Shown here piece after piece: positions 1 through 12,255 of a stretch of 64,000 nt of DNA (the stretch's first letter is position 1; every line of letters begins with the position of its first letter). A program made the position numbers and the translations under genes. Source of the DNA: Lama guanicoe (Eukaryota); contig MU053559.1 of assembly GCA_013239625.1 (NCBI GenBank), positions 310,001 through 374,000 of the forward strand, written 5' to 3'. The notes beneath the pieces were generated by a model, which saw only the letters and a program-made list of their open reading frames with translations, was not told where the DNA came from and made no database searches.

Positions 1-280
1 CTCCCATCTCCAATGGGGAGATGGTTTCCAGGGTAATGAGTAACCTCTGTCTATGGAGGGAGTACAGCTTGATGTGTCAGCAGCTTCCAAGCACGCACTC
101 CACCACTGGGCTATAATCCCCACCCCTTAATTGCTGCTCTTTGCTGTGAGTAATAAATGGTCGATTTTCCTGACACATGGACCTGCGTTTTGTGTGTATA
201 AAACTGGGGCAGGCTATCTTGTTAGCTCAAGAGTGGCGTAAAACTTCAGAGCCGTCACAGTTCCGACTTAACACCAGGAA
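1..280. mobile_element. LTR-like fragment
   Basis: TATA-like ctataa, then AATAAA (~153) and U5-like sequence. Family not identified. Confidence 0.35.
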
Positions 281-1246
281 AATGGATGACTGTGATTCCG
301 TATGTGCAACATGGCTGGATCTCATGATGGGCAAAAGAAGCTGCTAGACATTAAGAAATGCATAGAATATGATTCTCTTTATACAATGTTCAAAAATCAG
401 GCTAAATTAAACATTGCTGTTCAGGATAGTGGTTTCTATGGGAGGGTGAGTAGTCACTGAAAGCAGGTACAAGAGTGGTACCTGAGATGAGGTGCTGGTC
501 ATGTTGTTTTTCAGTCCCGTTGCCAGTAACATGTATACTCAGTTGGCAAACATTAAGCAGATTGCACCCATGTAACACATGCACTGTCCTGTGTGTATAT
601 TTTACCTCACTAAAGAGTTAAGTAAGAACTAGAATTACATGTATCAACATGGATAATTCTCAGACCTACAGTGTTGAGATAGAAGAAAGTTGAAGACTGC
701 CACATAGAGTAAGATATTTGTTTTAAATAAGGTTAAAAAAAAAACATGCCAACAAAGCTATATTCCTTTGATAACTATGTAAATTAAAAAAGCTAAAGCT
801 CTAATCTGTTCTTAGAAACAATGATCAGTACACACGTGTAAACTAGAAAATATGTGCAGTATATTGTATATATGTATTTACATGCAGTATAATGTATATG
901 TGCAATCAAACTAATAATTCAACTTAATAAAACTGGAAAAAAATGCCAACAATATATTCAGTGTATGGATCCCTAATCACATAATAAAAGAATAAAGATA
1001 TGCAGGGAAATGATCAATAATAAATTCAGGATTGCAGTTACCTCCAAGGAGGGAGGGAGAAGGATGAAATTAGGTGGAGGAACCGACCTAGTAGGTTTCA
1101 GCTGGAGCTGAAGTATTGTGTTTCTTAAAGACAAAAAAGAATGGGGGGCAAATGACAACATGTTGAGTGTTCATAGATGTTCATTATATTATTTTCTTCT
1201 GCAGATTATTGTGTACTTGAAATATTTTATAATTTAGAAGAGATAA

Positions 1247-1335
1247 GGGTGGGTATCACTCAGTAGTAGAATGCATGCTTAGCATGTGTAAGGTCCTGGG
1301 TTCAATCCCCAGTACCTCCATTTAAATAATAATAA
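1247..1335 (+). mobile_element. tRNA-Ala-derived SINE (vic-1-like)
   Basis: A and B boxes (ctcagtagtagaa / gggttcaatcccc) followed by an AT-rich tail. Confidence 0.8.
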
Positions 1336-1431
1336 TTATTATTATGATTATTATATGATTCTCTTTATACAATGTTCAAAAATCAGGCTAAATTAAACCA
1401 TGCTGTTCAGGATGGTGGTTTCCAAGGGAAA

Positions 1432-1479
<48 letters not shown>

Positions 1480-1480
1480 T
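1432..1480. repeat. (TTA)n microsatellite
   Basis: About 16 perfect units, read directly. Confidence 0.95.
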
Positions 1481-3180
1481 AGGAGATGAAAAAGAATCCT
1501 ATTAAATTGAATTTAGGGAATACTTTGGGGGCAGATTTATCCAATGTTGATTCTTCATGCCTGGAGCATGATATCTCTCCCTACTTACTCAGGTGACATT
1601 TTTTTTCTGTAAAAATGTGTAGAACTCATACTATTTTTTTGCTCAACATATTCCCAGGAAGTTCTGAATTTTGTTGTCATGATGTCAATCTCTTTTTCTA
1701 GTATGTTTTCTAATTTTAGGTGTCTGTAAAGGAAGGCTATTCAATTTCATGTTAGGTCTTGTTTCTGATCACCTTGTTCACTTCCCTTACTAGGTCTAAG
1801 AGTTTTTTAGATAATTCTCTTGGATTCTCTAAATAATGTCTATGAGCTTCAGCCAGAGACCACCAGGAACTCACCAGTGGTTAAACAAAGTTGAGTTTAT
1901 TAGCTTATTGCACTGATGGAGAATGGAGAGCCATCATGGAGAACCATAGGGCATCTCAGTTAAGTTATTAGAAAAGACATTACGGGATTTGGGTTTGTGT
2001 TAGATGTATTTGTGTTGAATCCTCTGATGTGATAAGGGCTGCACAGTGGCATTTAAGACTCTGGACAGGATACATTGGCCAAGAGTACCACTTGTTTATG
2101 AGAAACAAGATGATGATTTATGCTTGTAATAGGCCCTGGACACCGGGGTCCAGATGACCAAACCCACCCTACGGAAACATAGCCCAGAGTCCAGCTGGTC
2201 TCTTACAGAGAGCCAACTGCCCTTTTCTTTTAGCTTCATCAGAAATTGTTCTACTTGACCTGTAGTATTTATGTAAGTGCAGCAAAGCTGTTTCCTAAAG
2301 CATAACCCCCGCCCCCGCCCCCCTCCCCACCGCTAGCCAAGGACATCAAGGGTTATGAAGTTGCTCGTGACAATATGACTAATGAATTTAAATTTAAACT
2401 GGTTTGGGGGACTTCTAGGGTGGAAGTTAGGTCATTTGTGACATCTGCTAAGGTCAGAGACCAATTTGGGAACCACCTTTTCCAAGTGTACCCTGCTCAT
2501 TGTGGGAACTGCAACTCACAGGAAGAGGGAGCCTCCTGGGAGTTCTGTGCAGCCTATGCCTGCTGCGTTTTTGGAGCTCTCTGGACATCTTCAGGGCAAC
2601 GTGCCTACCCCCACCCTCCAGACGGTGGTAGTTTTAAATATCTGAAACTCTGGAACAATTACCCTGACTACACAAGGTTAAGCTAGTGTGCAGCAGGCAG
2701 GTGTGAGCCAGATGGCTACCTAAGTGGCGATAAGTATCCAAGTGAGCACAGACTGTGTGTTAGGAATATATGTATCATTTATCAAAGCAGGGAAAAGGCA
2801 ATTTGTATCCTTCAAGCGTGGAAGTTAAACAGCAGCAGCAAAGCAGGCTGCAGCTCCTCTGAAGAGAACAAACTGCCCCATCTGTTGGCTCCCACTCCTG
2901 ACCGGCTCAGTCTTGCTGATGAGGCTGTGATGACCTCAGCAGAAACCTTCTCTGAGGCCAACACCATTTTTTTCCAAGAACAAGGTTTGGGATTAACTTT
3001 TGTAATGGAGATGTGAGTACCAGAGGGGACCTGTAGGAAGAAACCTACCTTCTGAGGTATTTAAAAGAAGAGCTGTTACATTTCTGTCAGAATTTCTGGT
3101 AGATGTGTGAGTGTGCATGAGAGAGATCCAGCAGTCAAATTCAGAGTAGTAGCTATGGTCTGAGGAAAACGGGCAAGATA

Positions 3181-3514
3181 AAATTTTTTTTTTTAGTTTT
3201 TTTAAGTTTTTGTTGTTGTTGGGGGCGAAAATTAGGTTTATTTATTTACTTATTTTTTAGTGGAGGTACTAGGGATTGACTCAGGACCTAGTGCATGCTA
3301 AGAATGTGCTCTACCACTGAGCTATACCCTCCCCTCAAGATAGTTCTTTTTTTCTTTTTGGCGGGGGGGTGGGGGTGGGGGATGTAAAGTAATTGGGTGT
3401 GTGTATCTATGTATGTATTTAATTTAATGGAGGTACTGGGGATTGCAGGTACTGCCCAGGACCTTGTACATGCTGAGCACACATTCTACCACTGAGCCAT
3501 ATCCTCCCCTCCTC
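3181..3514 (-). mobile_element. Two tandem vic-1-like SINEs
   Basis: Two antisense tRNA-Ala-like heads, each with a tail; caagata recurs at 3174, 3336 and 3515. Confidence 0.8.
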
Positions 3515-4431
3515 CAAGATAGTTTTTTTTTCCCCTAAGTGACAGAGGAAGACCATAGCAGGTCAAAAATAACAGGATGAGAATAAGGAAGATCAGGCTG
3601 AGAGATATTTTAGTTGGTTACTAGAGGGTATCAAGGTATAATAATAATCAAGATAAATAGTGGGATTAAAAGGGAAAACCTGCTGAAGAATCAGAAAATA
3701 AATCTTGTTCTGTCATCTTGGGCAGAAGCCTTTCACCTCTGCAGTCATCAGCTTCTGGAGAATTCCTAAGAATCCTCAGTTTGAGGCCTATGAATAAGAT
3801 CTTTTCCACTGTGGTTCAGGGCGGTTTTCCCTTTGATCATGCAGGCTTCGTTTAGGTGGATATGTTGAAAATGTAACTTGAACCTGTTAAGGAGACATGT
3901 GGAGGCATCATATGAGTCCCTGTGAAGAATTCACATTGGCCTGTAATAGGGTAGAACCTAGGGTTTGAGGTGAAATTATAAAGCACATGGGGTCATCTGT
4001 TATTCACTCAGAAGCAGCTACCTAGAGGTGGTCCCCAGAGGGGTTAGATTAATTTTATTGTCATCAAGGCTAATGACAATATTGTCACCTGAGAGTCAGG
4101 GTTAGAAGCTTGTTGACTTTACATTCCAAATTCCATTAGGTCTCACTACTCTTTCCGAAGATGATGGGTGATAATGGCTGTAGGGTTTCTGAGGAAGTTA
4201 AAACTTCACGGAATTTTTAAATAACAGAGTTATTTAAATAAATGCAATGCATGTCCCTCCTACTGGAGAGATAAGTTGACATTCCCCAAGTGAGGAATAC
4301 AAAGGCAAGTAGTTTCCCTACCATCACAGTGATGATTCTCTGGCCAGAAGGAAAAATTCAATTCCACGGGAAAATAAACATAATCAGAATATGCTCACAG
4401 CCCCTTTGGAGGTGTTCGAAAGGGCCTGGAG

Positions 4432-4560
4432 GGGGAGGGTAGAGCTCAGCAGTAGAACACATGCTTAGCATACTGGGTTCAATCCCCAGTAGCTCTGTAG
4501 AAAGGAGAAGAGAAGAAAAGAAATAAAAGGGGGGAAAAAGAAAAGAAAAGAGAAAAAAAT
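4432..4560 (+). mobile_element. vic-1-like SINE
   Basis: tRNA-like head with an internal deletion and an A-rich tail. Confidence 0.7.
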
Positions 4561-4991
4561 TACATTGTGTCTTTCTTAATAAATAGCTGGTTCAGTGTCT
4601 TCCCCCAAAGGGCCTGGAGCTTTTGATTTCTGTCAACATCCAACCTATTCAGTCTTTGTCACGATTGTTATGAGGAGTGACATGCAAGGGGACCATCTCA
4701 GCAAGACCCTTAAAGTTACCCCATCAATTTCGGTTCAGTGTCAAGGCCAATTTATCTCTGTTATTGCAGCCACTATCGTGAAGTATTTTTGCTAAACTCC
4801 ACTCTTATGGAGAGCCCAAGTGTTGGTGGGAGAAAAAAACACAACATAAGAGCCATGAGTTGAGTTTTATCCAGTGTCTTTCTGGGGGTTAGGAACTGCT
4901 TCCAAGAGGTAGGGGAGGAGCTAGTGAATATATACATTTTTTTGGCTGGGAAATACATGTAGAAAAATACATTCAAATGTACTCATCTTGG

Positions 4992-5170
4992 GGTGGGAGG
5001 TATAGCTCAGTGGTAGAGTGCCTACTTAGCATGCACAGGGTCCTGGGTTCAATCCCCAACATCTCCGTTGAAAATAAATACATAAAAAGCCTAATTACCC
5101 CCCACTCAAAAATTAAATAAATTAAAAGAAACTACCACTTTAAAAAATAAAATATGATATTAAAAAAAAC
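4992..5170 (+). mobile_element. vic-1-like SINE
   Basis: tRNA-Ala-like head, cctaattacc motif and A tail. Confidence 0.8.
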
Positions 5171-5179
5171 ACAAACACA

Positions 5180-5470
5180 TGCATCTTGGTAAAAGATTAC
5201 TGCTAATCACAAAAAAATAGACCAACAAGCAAACAACAACAAAACCCCCCACCATATCTCGGTTAAGGATTTTAGTGCTTTTCTCTGTATGGGAAAATGC
5301 AGGAATCTGGGGTCCTTGAAATTCTTCCTTAGATATGCATCTTAACTATCTAGGGCCCAGTGTATCCAACACATGGAATGTTTCACCCTGAATTCCTTGT
5401 AAGTTAGTGACTACAATGGCTAATGACGTGATCCTTGGAGAATTAGACTGGCAGGCAACATTCTTTGTTT
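5180..5470. mobile_element. ERV1-type LTR fragment
   Basis: gattttagtgcttttctctgtatgggaaaatgcaggaatctgggg resembles cetartiodactyl ERV1 LTRs (recall). Confidence 0.45.
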
Positions 5471-5695
5471 ACGCAAGTAATGGAAAGCTATATAAAATTC
5501 CTTCATTTGTTGTCCACTTGGATGAGGGTTCCTGTAGTGGCTTCAGATGAATATGAAATTATCACTGTAAAAGGCTAGCTACATTTCCCTCCCAAAGGAG
5601 AAGGGAAGAATTTTGGCTGCAGGAAAACACAATTTGACATAAGCATACTCAAAAGGGAGTTATTACAGCTGATTTAAACAATAATTCAGGCTCTT

Positions 5696-5898
5696 TTTTT
5701 AAACATTTTTTATTGATTTATAATCATTTTACAATGTTGTGTCAAATTCCAGTGTTCAGCACAATTTTTCAGTCATTCATGGACATATACACACTCATTG
5801 TCACATTTTTTTCTCTGTGATTTATCATAACATTTTGTGTATATTTCCCTGTGCTATACAGTGTAATCTTGTTTATCTATTCTACAATTTTGAAATCC
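5696..5898 (-). mobile_element. Young 5'-truncated L1 3' end with TSD
   Basis: Poly-T then L1 3'UTR; exact 14-bp TSD taattcaggctctt at 5682-5695 and 5899-5912. Closely similar copies at ~8905-9060, ~16680-17095 and ~26245-26535. Confidence 0.75.
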
Positions 5899-7129
5899 TA
5901 ATTCAGGCTCTTGACTAATTTATCAAGGCATAGTATTCAAAAGTCAGCACATCTTAATCCCCAAATACAGAAATGAAGAGGAGGGTGTCTCCTTTGTGAA
6001 ATAAAATGATCTTTCTCTTTAAGATAAATAAAACAAGCAAGCTCTTCATGTGGATTTCTGCCCTTCTGTTCTAAGGCATCTCTTGAATTAACAATCTTCT
6101 TTTAAATTGAAGTATAGTAAGTTACAACATGTCAATTTCTGGTGTGCAGCATAATATTTCAGTCATACATATACACGCATATACTCACTTTCATATCCTT
6201 TTTCATTATAGGTTACAAGATATTGAATATAGTTCCCTGTGCTATACAGAAGAAATTTGTTTTTTTTATCTATTTTTGTATATAGTGGTTAATATTTGCA
6301 AATCTTGAACTCCCAATTTATCCCTTCCCACCCCTTCCTCCTGGTAACCATAAGATTGTTTCAAATTACCAATCTTGCTCTTGGCAAAATTTCCCAAAGT
6401 GGTTACTGCAATCCCAAAATTTCCCTGGTGAAATTTTGCCAGTTAGAGAGATAAACATATGTGTTGACATTGCAATGAGAAAACATGAAGGAAGCAAGTG
6501 CTTGGCCTGGAAAAGTCAGTTTTATTTTAGTTTATTTATTATCTTTAAAATTTAGGTATAGTTGATTTACAATGTTGTGTTAGTTTCAGGTGTACAGCAA
6601 AGTGATTTTGTTGTATATATATATATTCTTTTTCAGATTCTTTTCCATTATAGGTTATTACAAGATATTGAATATAGTTCCCGGTGCTATATAGTACATC
6701 CTTTTTGCTTATCTAGTTTATGTATAGTAGTTTGTATCTGTTAATACCATCTAATTTCTTCCCCCCACCCCCTTTCCCCTTTGGTCACCATAAGTTTGTT
6801 TTCTATGCCTGTGAGTCTGTTTCTGTTTTGTAAATAAGTTCATTTGTATTATTTTTTATTTTTTATATTCCACATGTAAGTGATATCATATAGTATTTGA
6901 CTTTCTTGAGGCACAATTTTCGACTAAGATCCCCTGAGAATTGCAATGTTCCATGAGGGTGGTGCTTGTGTGACTTGGTGTCTCCAAATTTCAGCCAAAG
7001 GCCAATTGTCACCAATCATGGGCCAAGAATAAAAACCTTCCTGATTCTGGGTAGATGAAACTTAAACAAAACAATTCTCAGGGATACAAAGACAAGACTG
7101 AGGAAGAAGTTCACATAAGATATATTTTT

Positions 7130-7650
7130 TTCCAATTTTTTTAGTGATGAAATACACATAACATAAAATTTACCATCTTAACCATTTTTAAGTGTCCAGT
7201 TCAGTCGTATAAAAGACATTCATAATGTTTAACTATCACCACCATTTATCTTCCTAACTCTTTTCATCTTGTGAAACTGAAATTCTGTACTCATTAAACA
7301 ATAATTCCCCATTTTCCCCTCTCCCCAGCTCCTGGAACCCACCATTTTACTTTCTGTTTCGAAGAAATTGACTCCTCTAAGTACCTCATATAAATAGAAC
7401 CTTACAGTAGTTGTCTTTTTGTGACAGGCTTATTTCACTTTGCATAACATCCTCAAGGGTCATCCATATGGTAGCACGTGTCAGAATTCCCTTCCTTTTT
7501 AAAGCCAAATAATATTCCATTGTATGTAAATGCCACATTTTGCTTATCCCCTCATACACCCTTGGACACTTTGGTTGCTTCCACGTTTCTGCTCTTGTGA
7601 ATAATGTTGCTAATGAGCGTAGGTGTACAAATATCTCTTCCAGACCCTGC
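7130..7650 (-). mobile_element. L1 ORF2 C-terminus and 3'UTR fragment
   Basis: Translation WKQPKCP...MWHLHTMEYYLALK is typical of the L1 ORF2p C-terminus. Confidence 0.85.
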
Positions 7651-7977
7651 TTCCACATCAGATTTTCTGATATTGATCCAAAGCATGTTTGTCCGAAGGA
7701 TGGATGCTGATCTGAGAAGAACTTTTGACCCCTTGAGCCCCCAGGACCAGCTGGAGAATAGATGTATTACAGAACATGCTCATTCTGTCCCTATAGCTGT
7801 TTCCTTTTGTTGCAAAACAACACTCAGATATGTGACTAAATATAAGACTCATACTATACAAGCGCACAGAACGTAGGAACAGGTGGTAGAAAGATAGAAA
7901 AAGCATTGAGGGCTTGACCTGAATGTCAAGGAAGCCTCCATTCTTGTAAATGCCTGTCAGTTATAAAACAATGGGGA

Positions 7978-8075
7978 GGGGGTGGGTATAGCTCAGTGGC
8001 AGATCATCTGCTTAGCATGCGTGAGGTCCTGGGTTCAATCCCCAATACCTCCAAAAAAACCAAACAAACAGACAA
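7978..8075 (+). mobile_element. vic-1-like SINE
   Basis: tRNA-Ala-like head plus A-rich tail. Confidence 0.8.
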
Positions 8076-8224
8076 ACCCATCAGGAACACCGTAGTCAAA
8101 CCAAGTTGGGTTTACTGACTTGCTGCAAATGAGGGAGACCACACACTATGGGGAGCCATAGAGTATCTGAAAAAGGGATGCCAGAAGTAAGTTATTGGAT
8201 TTGAGCTCATGTTATGTGGTTTTG

Positions 8225-8660
8225 TCATTTTCAGTGTACAGGTCGTGAACTTATTTTGTTAAACTTATTTCTAAGAGTGTTTATTCTTTTTGAGGCTATT
8301 GCAAATGGAATTGTTTTCTTAATTTCATTTTTGGATTGTTCCTTGCCGGTATATGGAAATACAATTGAATTTGGCGATACTGATCTTGTATCCTGAAACC
8401 TTGCTGGTCTCATTAGCTCTAATGGTTTTGTTGTGGATTCCTTAAGATTATCCATGTGCAAGATCATGTCATTTGCAAATAGAAAGAATTTCAGTTCTGC
8501 CTTTCCAATATGAATGCCTTTTATTTCCCTTTCTTGCCCAGTTGCCCTGGCTAGCACAATGTTAAATAGACATGGTCAAATGGTCAAGGCAACAGCCTTG
8601 TCTTGTTCCTGGTCCTTGGGGGAAAAGCTTTCAGTCTTTCACCATTAAGTATGATGTTAA
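8225..8660 (-). mobile_element. L1 ORF2 reverse-transcriptase fragment
   Basis: EREIKGIHIGKAELKFFLFANDMILHMDN is a decayed L1 RT FADD region. Confidence 0.88.
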
Positions 8661-9064
8661 GTTCTTTGATACATCCTCTGCTGGGTCTTAGGATGTGTGA
8701 ATGGATTGGTAACCCCTTCTCCACCCAGGATGGAAGGGCTCCAACAATCTTCAGAGAAGGTAAGCTTGGTTCTAGTTACCTTTTCTTTTCTTTTTTAAAG
8801 AAAACGATTTAATTTTTAAATTTATTTTTGGCTGATTTTTATTTTAGGGTTTTTTGGGGGGGGGTGGTAATTAGATTTATTTATGTATTTATTTATTATT
8901 ATTATTTTTTATTGAGTTGTAGTCAGTTTACAATGTTGTGTCAATTACCAGTGTAGAGCACAATTTTTGCAGTTATACATGAACATACATATATTACTTG
9001 TCATATTCTTTTTCACCGTGTGCTACCACAAGATCTTGTATACATTTCCCTGTGCTATACATTA

Positions 9065-9190
9065 ATTATTTAATTAATTAATTAATTTATTTATTTATTT
9101 ATTTATTATTTTTAATGGCAATACTGGGATTTGAACCCAGGACCTTGTGCATGCTAAGCATGCACTCTACCACTGAACTATATGCTCCCT
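9065..9190 (-). mobile_element. vic-1-like SINE
   Basis: Antisense tRNA-Ala-like head with (ttta)n tail. Confidence 0.75.
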
Positions 9191-9479
9191 ACTTGGCTGA
9201 TTTTTGCACAAGGAAGTTTCAGCTTCTCAGCCTTTTCCCCTGCCCAGGACTGCAGACCCTGAGTGGCCTAGATTGATCTGCAATCCCTCTCATTACCACA
9301 TCCCTCCTTCCCCCAACCCTCTTCCTCCAGGGTCTGTCCATTTGTTACTGGCTGTGCTGGGGATTGGCGCCCAGGTGGCATGAGATTCCACTTGTGTAGA
9401 ACTTTATTGGGTAAAGATTAGTTTCTTTTTTTTTTGGTGGGGGTGGGAGATGAAGATTAGTTTCTTGTGGGAAAAAATG

Positions 9480-10010
9480 TATGATGTTAGCTGTGGGGTA
9501 TTTGTCCTTTATCAGGTTGAGGAAGTTCTCTTTTACTTCTAGTTTGTTGCTGATATGTTGATTCATGAATAAAAAAAATGAAGGGGTGTTGAATTTTGTC
9601 ATGTGCTTTTCCTGCTTCTATTGAGATGCTCATGTGGTTCTTGTACTTTATTCTATTGTTATGGTCTATTATATTAATTGATTTCAGATATTAAGCAACC
9701 TTACATTTCTGGAATAAATCCCACTAGGCCATGGGGTATAATCCTTTTTCTATGTTGTTGGATTTTGTTTGCTAGGATTTTGAAGAGGATTTTTGAGTCA
9801 ATACTCATAAGAGATATTGGTTTGTGCTTTTCTAGTGTTGTTTTTGGTTTTGTTTTTGGCCTCATAGAATGAGTTGAAAAATGTTCTCTCCTCTTCAATT
9901 TTTGGGAAGAGTTTGTGAAGAATTGCTATTAATTCTTCTTTATATGCTTGGTAGACTTCCCCAATGAAACCATCTCAATCTGAGCATCTCTGTGGGAAGT
10001 TTTAAAATTA
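9480..10010 (-). mobile_element. L1 ORF2 fragment
   Basis: [40 protein letters not shown] matches the L1 RT N-terminal motif. Confidence 0.88.
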
Positions 10011-10294
10011 TTAATTAATAATTAATTTAAATTATTTTGAATTAATTTCGATAGTATACAGAAAATTTGCTCCAATATAGCTCGGTTCCTTCTCTCCTCC
10101 TTTGCCCTATTATCGTCACACAAATGACATCTTTATACAATTGTAAGTCCACCAAAAGTTTTATAATTATTGCTTTATGCAGTTCTCTTCTAAATCAGAT
10201 AACAGAAGAAAAGAATTACAAAATACATATTTATACAGTCTTTTGTATTTCCCCCTGTAGTTACCCTAGCCAGTGTTTTAACTTTTTCATGTGG

Positions 10295-10420
10295 ATTTTT
10301 TGTTTTGTTTTTTGGTGGGAAGGTAGTTAGGTTTATTTATTTATTTAGTGGAGGTACTGGGGGTTGAACCCTTGTGCATGCCAAGCACACACTCTACCAC
10401 TGAGCTATACCCTTCCTCTC
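10295..10420 (-). mobile_element. vic-1-like SINE
   Basis: Antisense head flanked by ttcatgtggattt / ttcacgtggattt direct repeats. Confidence 0.8.
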
Positions 10421-11264
10421 TTCACGTGGATTTGAGTTATCATCTGGTGTCCTTTCAATTCCACTTGAAGGACTTTCTTTAGTATTTCTTGTGGGTCAAG
10501 TCTGTTTAGTGATGTTTTTGTTTACTAAACAAAATGTCTTTACTTCTCCCTCACTTAAAAATTTTAAAAATTGCTTGTGGTAAAATACACATAACATAAA
10601 TTTTCTCCTTCTTTTTTTTTTTTTTCTCTTCGAAGTTGCTGAGTATTTATTTATTCCCGAGAGCAGTGTGGAATCAGACTGGAGACAGGAGTGAGTGGTC
10701 CTGTGTAGGTAAAGGGGCATTGGGAGCCAATGGAACAGTAGGCTGGGGTCACTGATTGTCAAAGCAGAGGGTGGGACCCTGGAGTTGGGGGAGGCCAGGT
10801 TGCACCCCTCCCCCAGGAGTCCCTGGGGCTTCTACCTGGTGGGGGAGTTGGAAAGTTATCATGATTGACATTTTAGAGGGGGAGGGGAGACAGGAGTGGG
10901 TGGGTGGGGGGTGTTAGAGTTCAAAGAAAGCTTAAAAGAGGGCATGGGTGTGGCTTTGGCCAGGAGTCCGGGGTCAGGGGCTTGAGGTGAGGGATCAGGG
11001 TGCTGGCTGTGACCTCACTTGGTCAGGGGGCTGCAGGGAATGCCATTGGGTAATGGGCCACCAGGGGTTGGCCAGTGTGTGTGCCCAGTGCCAGAGGCCA
11101 GCCCCACTGGCTGCCACTCCTATGGCCACCCTCCCAATGGCCACATTCTTGCCCAGCTTTTTGTAGTTCAGCAGAGTCAGCTCCACCTGGACCTTCTGGA
11201 CATGGTCACAAGGCACCTCAAAGCTGAAGGTCTCAGTGTAATAGGAGTTCAGAATCTTCTTCTC

Positions 11265-12255
11265 CTCCTCCTCCTCCTCCTCCTCCTCCTCCACCTCCTC
11301 CTCCTCCTTCTTCACTTTTTCTACAAAAAGTGTAAAGGTTTTTTTTTTAATTGTGTAACATAGGCAGAATTATTTAAGTCAATAAATTTTTTAAGAATTT
11401 CACATGTTCTGATTCCTTCCACTGCCCATCACCTTGGTTCCTCCAATGTTTGAGTCATAATCTTCTAGATAGGCCTTTCAAAAAAGAATTTTTGCTCAAT
11501 CAACAGTTGTCATGTCAGTCAGACCATAATTCTTTTAGTTGGGCTTCCTTGATCCCCAGTGGAACATGGACACACTTCAAAAACTCAGCACCTGTAATCT
11601 TTGGGATCCAGTTTCCTCAAGCAGTTTACTTTAGGGCTATATTTGGGGTCAGAAAAGATGGATCTGCCTGGTTCTGAATTTTAAACACCCTCTAAACATG
11701 CATTAGCGGGGAGTGTATAGCTCAGTGGTAGAGTGCATGCCTAGCATGCATGAGGTACTGGGTTCGATCCCCAGTGCCTCCATCAAAAATAAATAAATAA
11801 ATAAAACTGATTACCTCCTTCCACCAGAAAATAAAAATAAATAAAAAATAAACATGCATTGAGTTCAAATAGTATTTACTCCTAAGCTTATCACACCCTG
11901 GAAGAGTACTGATCGTTGGGATATGCCAATACCTTTTTCAAAGTCCAGATACTGTATTCAAGATAAAAGCCATCTTTGTGTCATGTGAACATTAAAATTA
12001 GAGTATTAGATCAACATAGCTGATGATTTCTCATATCTTATGCTTTTAAATTACCAATTCTATAGTCCTAGGAGAGCAATCTTTATGTTTATCAGCACCC
12101 CATCACTTGAATCTGTTTTAGGTATCACATTCCTTCTTATATGTATCAAAACTCATACTGAACAATGAATTCTGGGGTTGCAAAAGGGGATTTATTTTTG
12201 CACCTGTCTACAAGTCTTTGTCCACAGATTAAACAAAAAGCAAACACAAGTGCTA
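11265..12255 (-). pseudogene. Retroposed 3'UTR-like fragment of an unidentified mRNA, inserted in the SYT5 pseudogene
   Basis: Non-coding AT-rich sequence ending (minus strand) in ATTAAA at 11346-11351 and a purine tail decayed to (GAG)n. Flanked by imperfect 15-bp direct repeats at 12256-12270 and 11250-11264. Confidence 0.55.
11705..11848 (+). mobile_element. vic-1-like SINE nested in the retrocopy
   Basis: Full head and tail; TSD taaacatgcatt at 11693-11704 and 11849-11860. Confidence 0.88.

Larger units (their letters stand above)
1845..8215 (-). mobile_element. Decayed endogenous retrovirus (MER21-like LTR pieces plus internal sequence), with younger insertions
   Basis: Similar LTR-like segments at ~1850-2010 and ~8090-8215. 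Decayed integrase-like words on the minus strand at ~3950-4350 (VFLTWGMSTYLSS; PSSSERVVRPNGI, resembling PQSSGxVERxNG). Confidence 0.45.

Noticed and set aside
2375..2686. 103-aa ORF as a novel gene
   Set aside because: It lies within the decayed ERV region, with no recognisable domain or exon structure.
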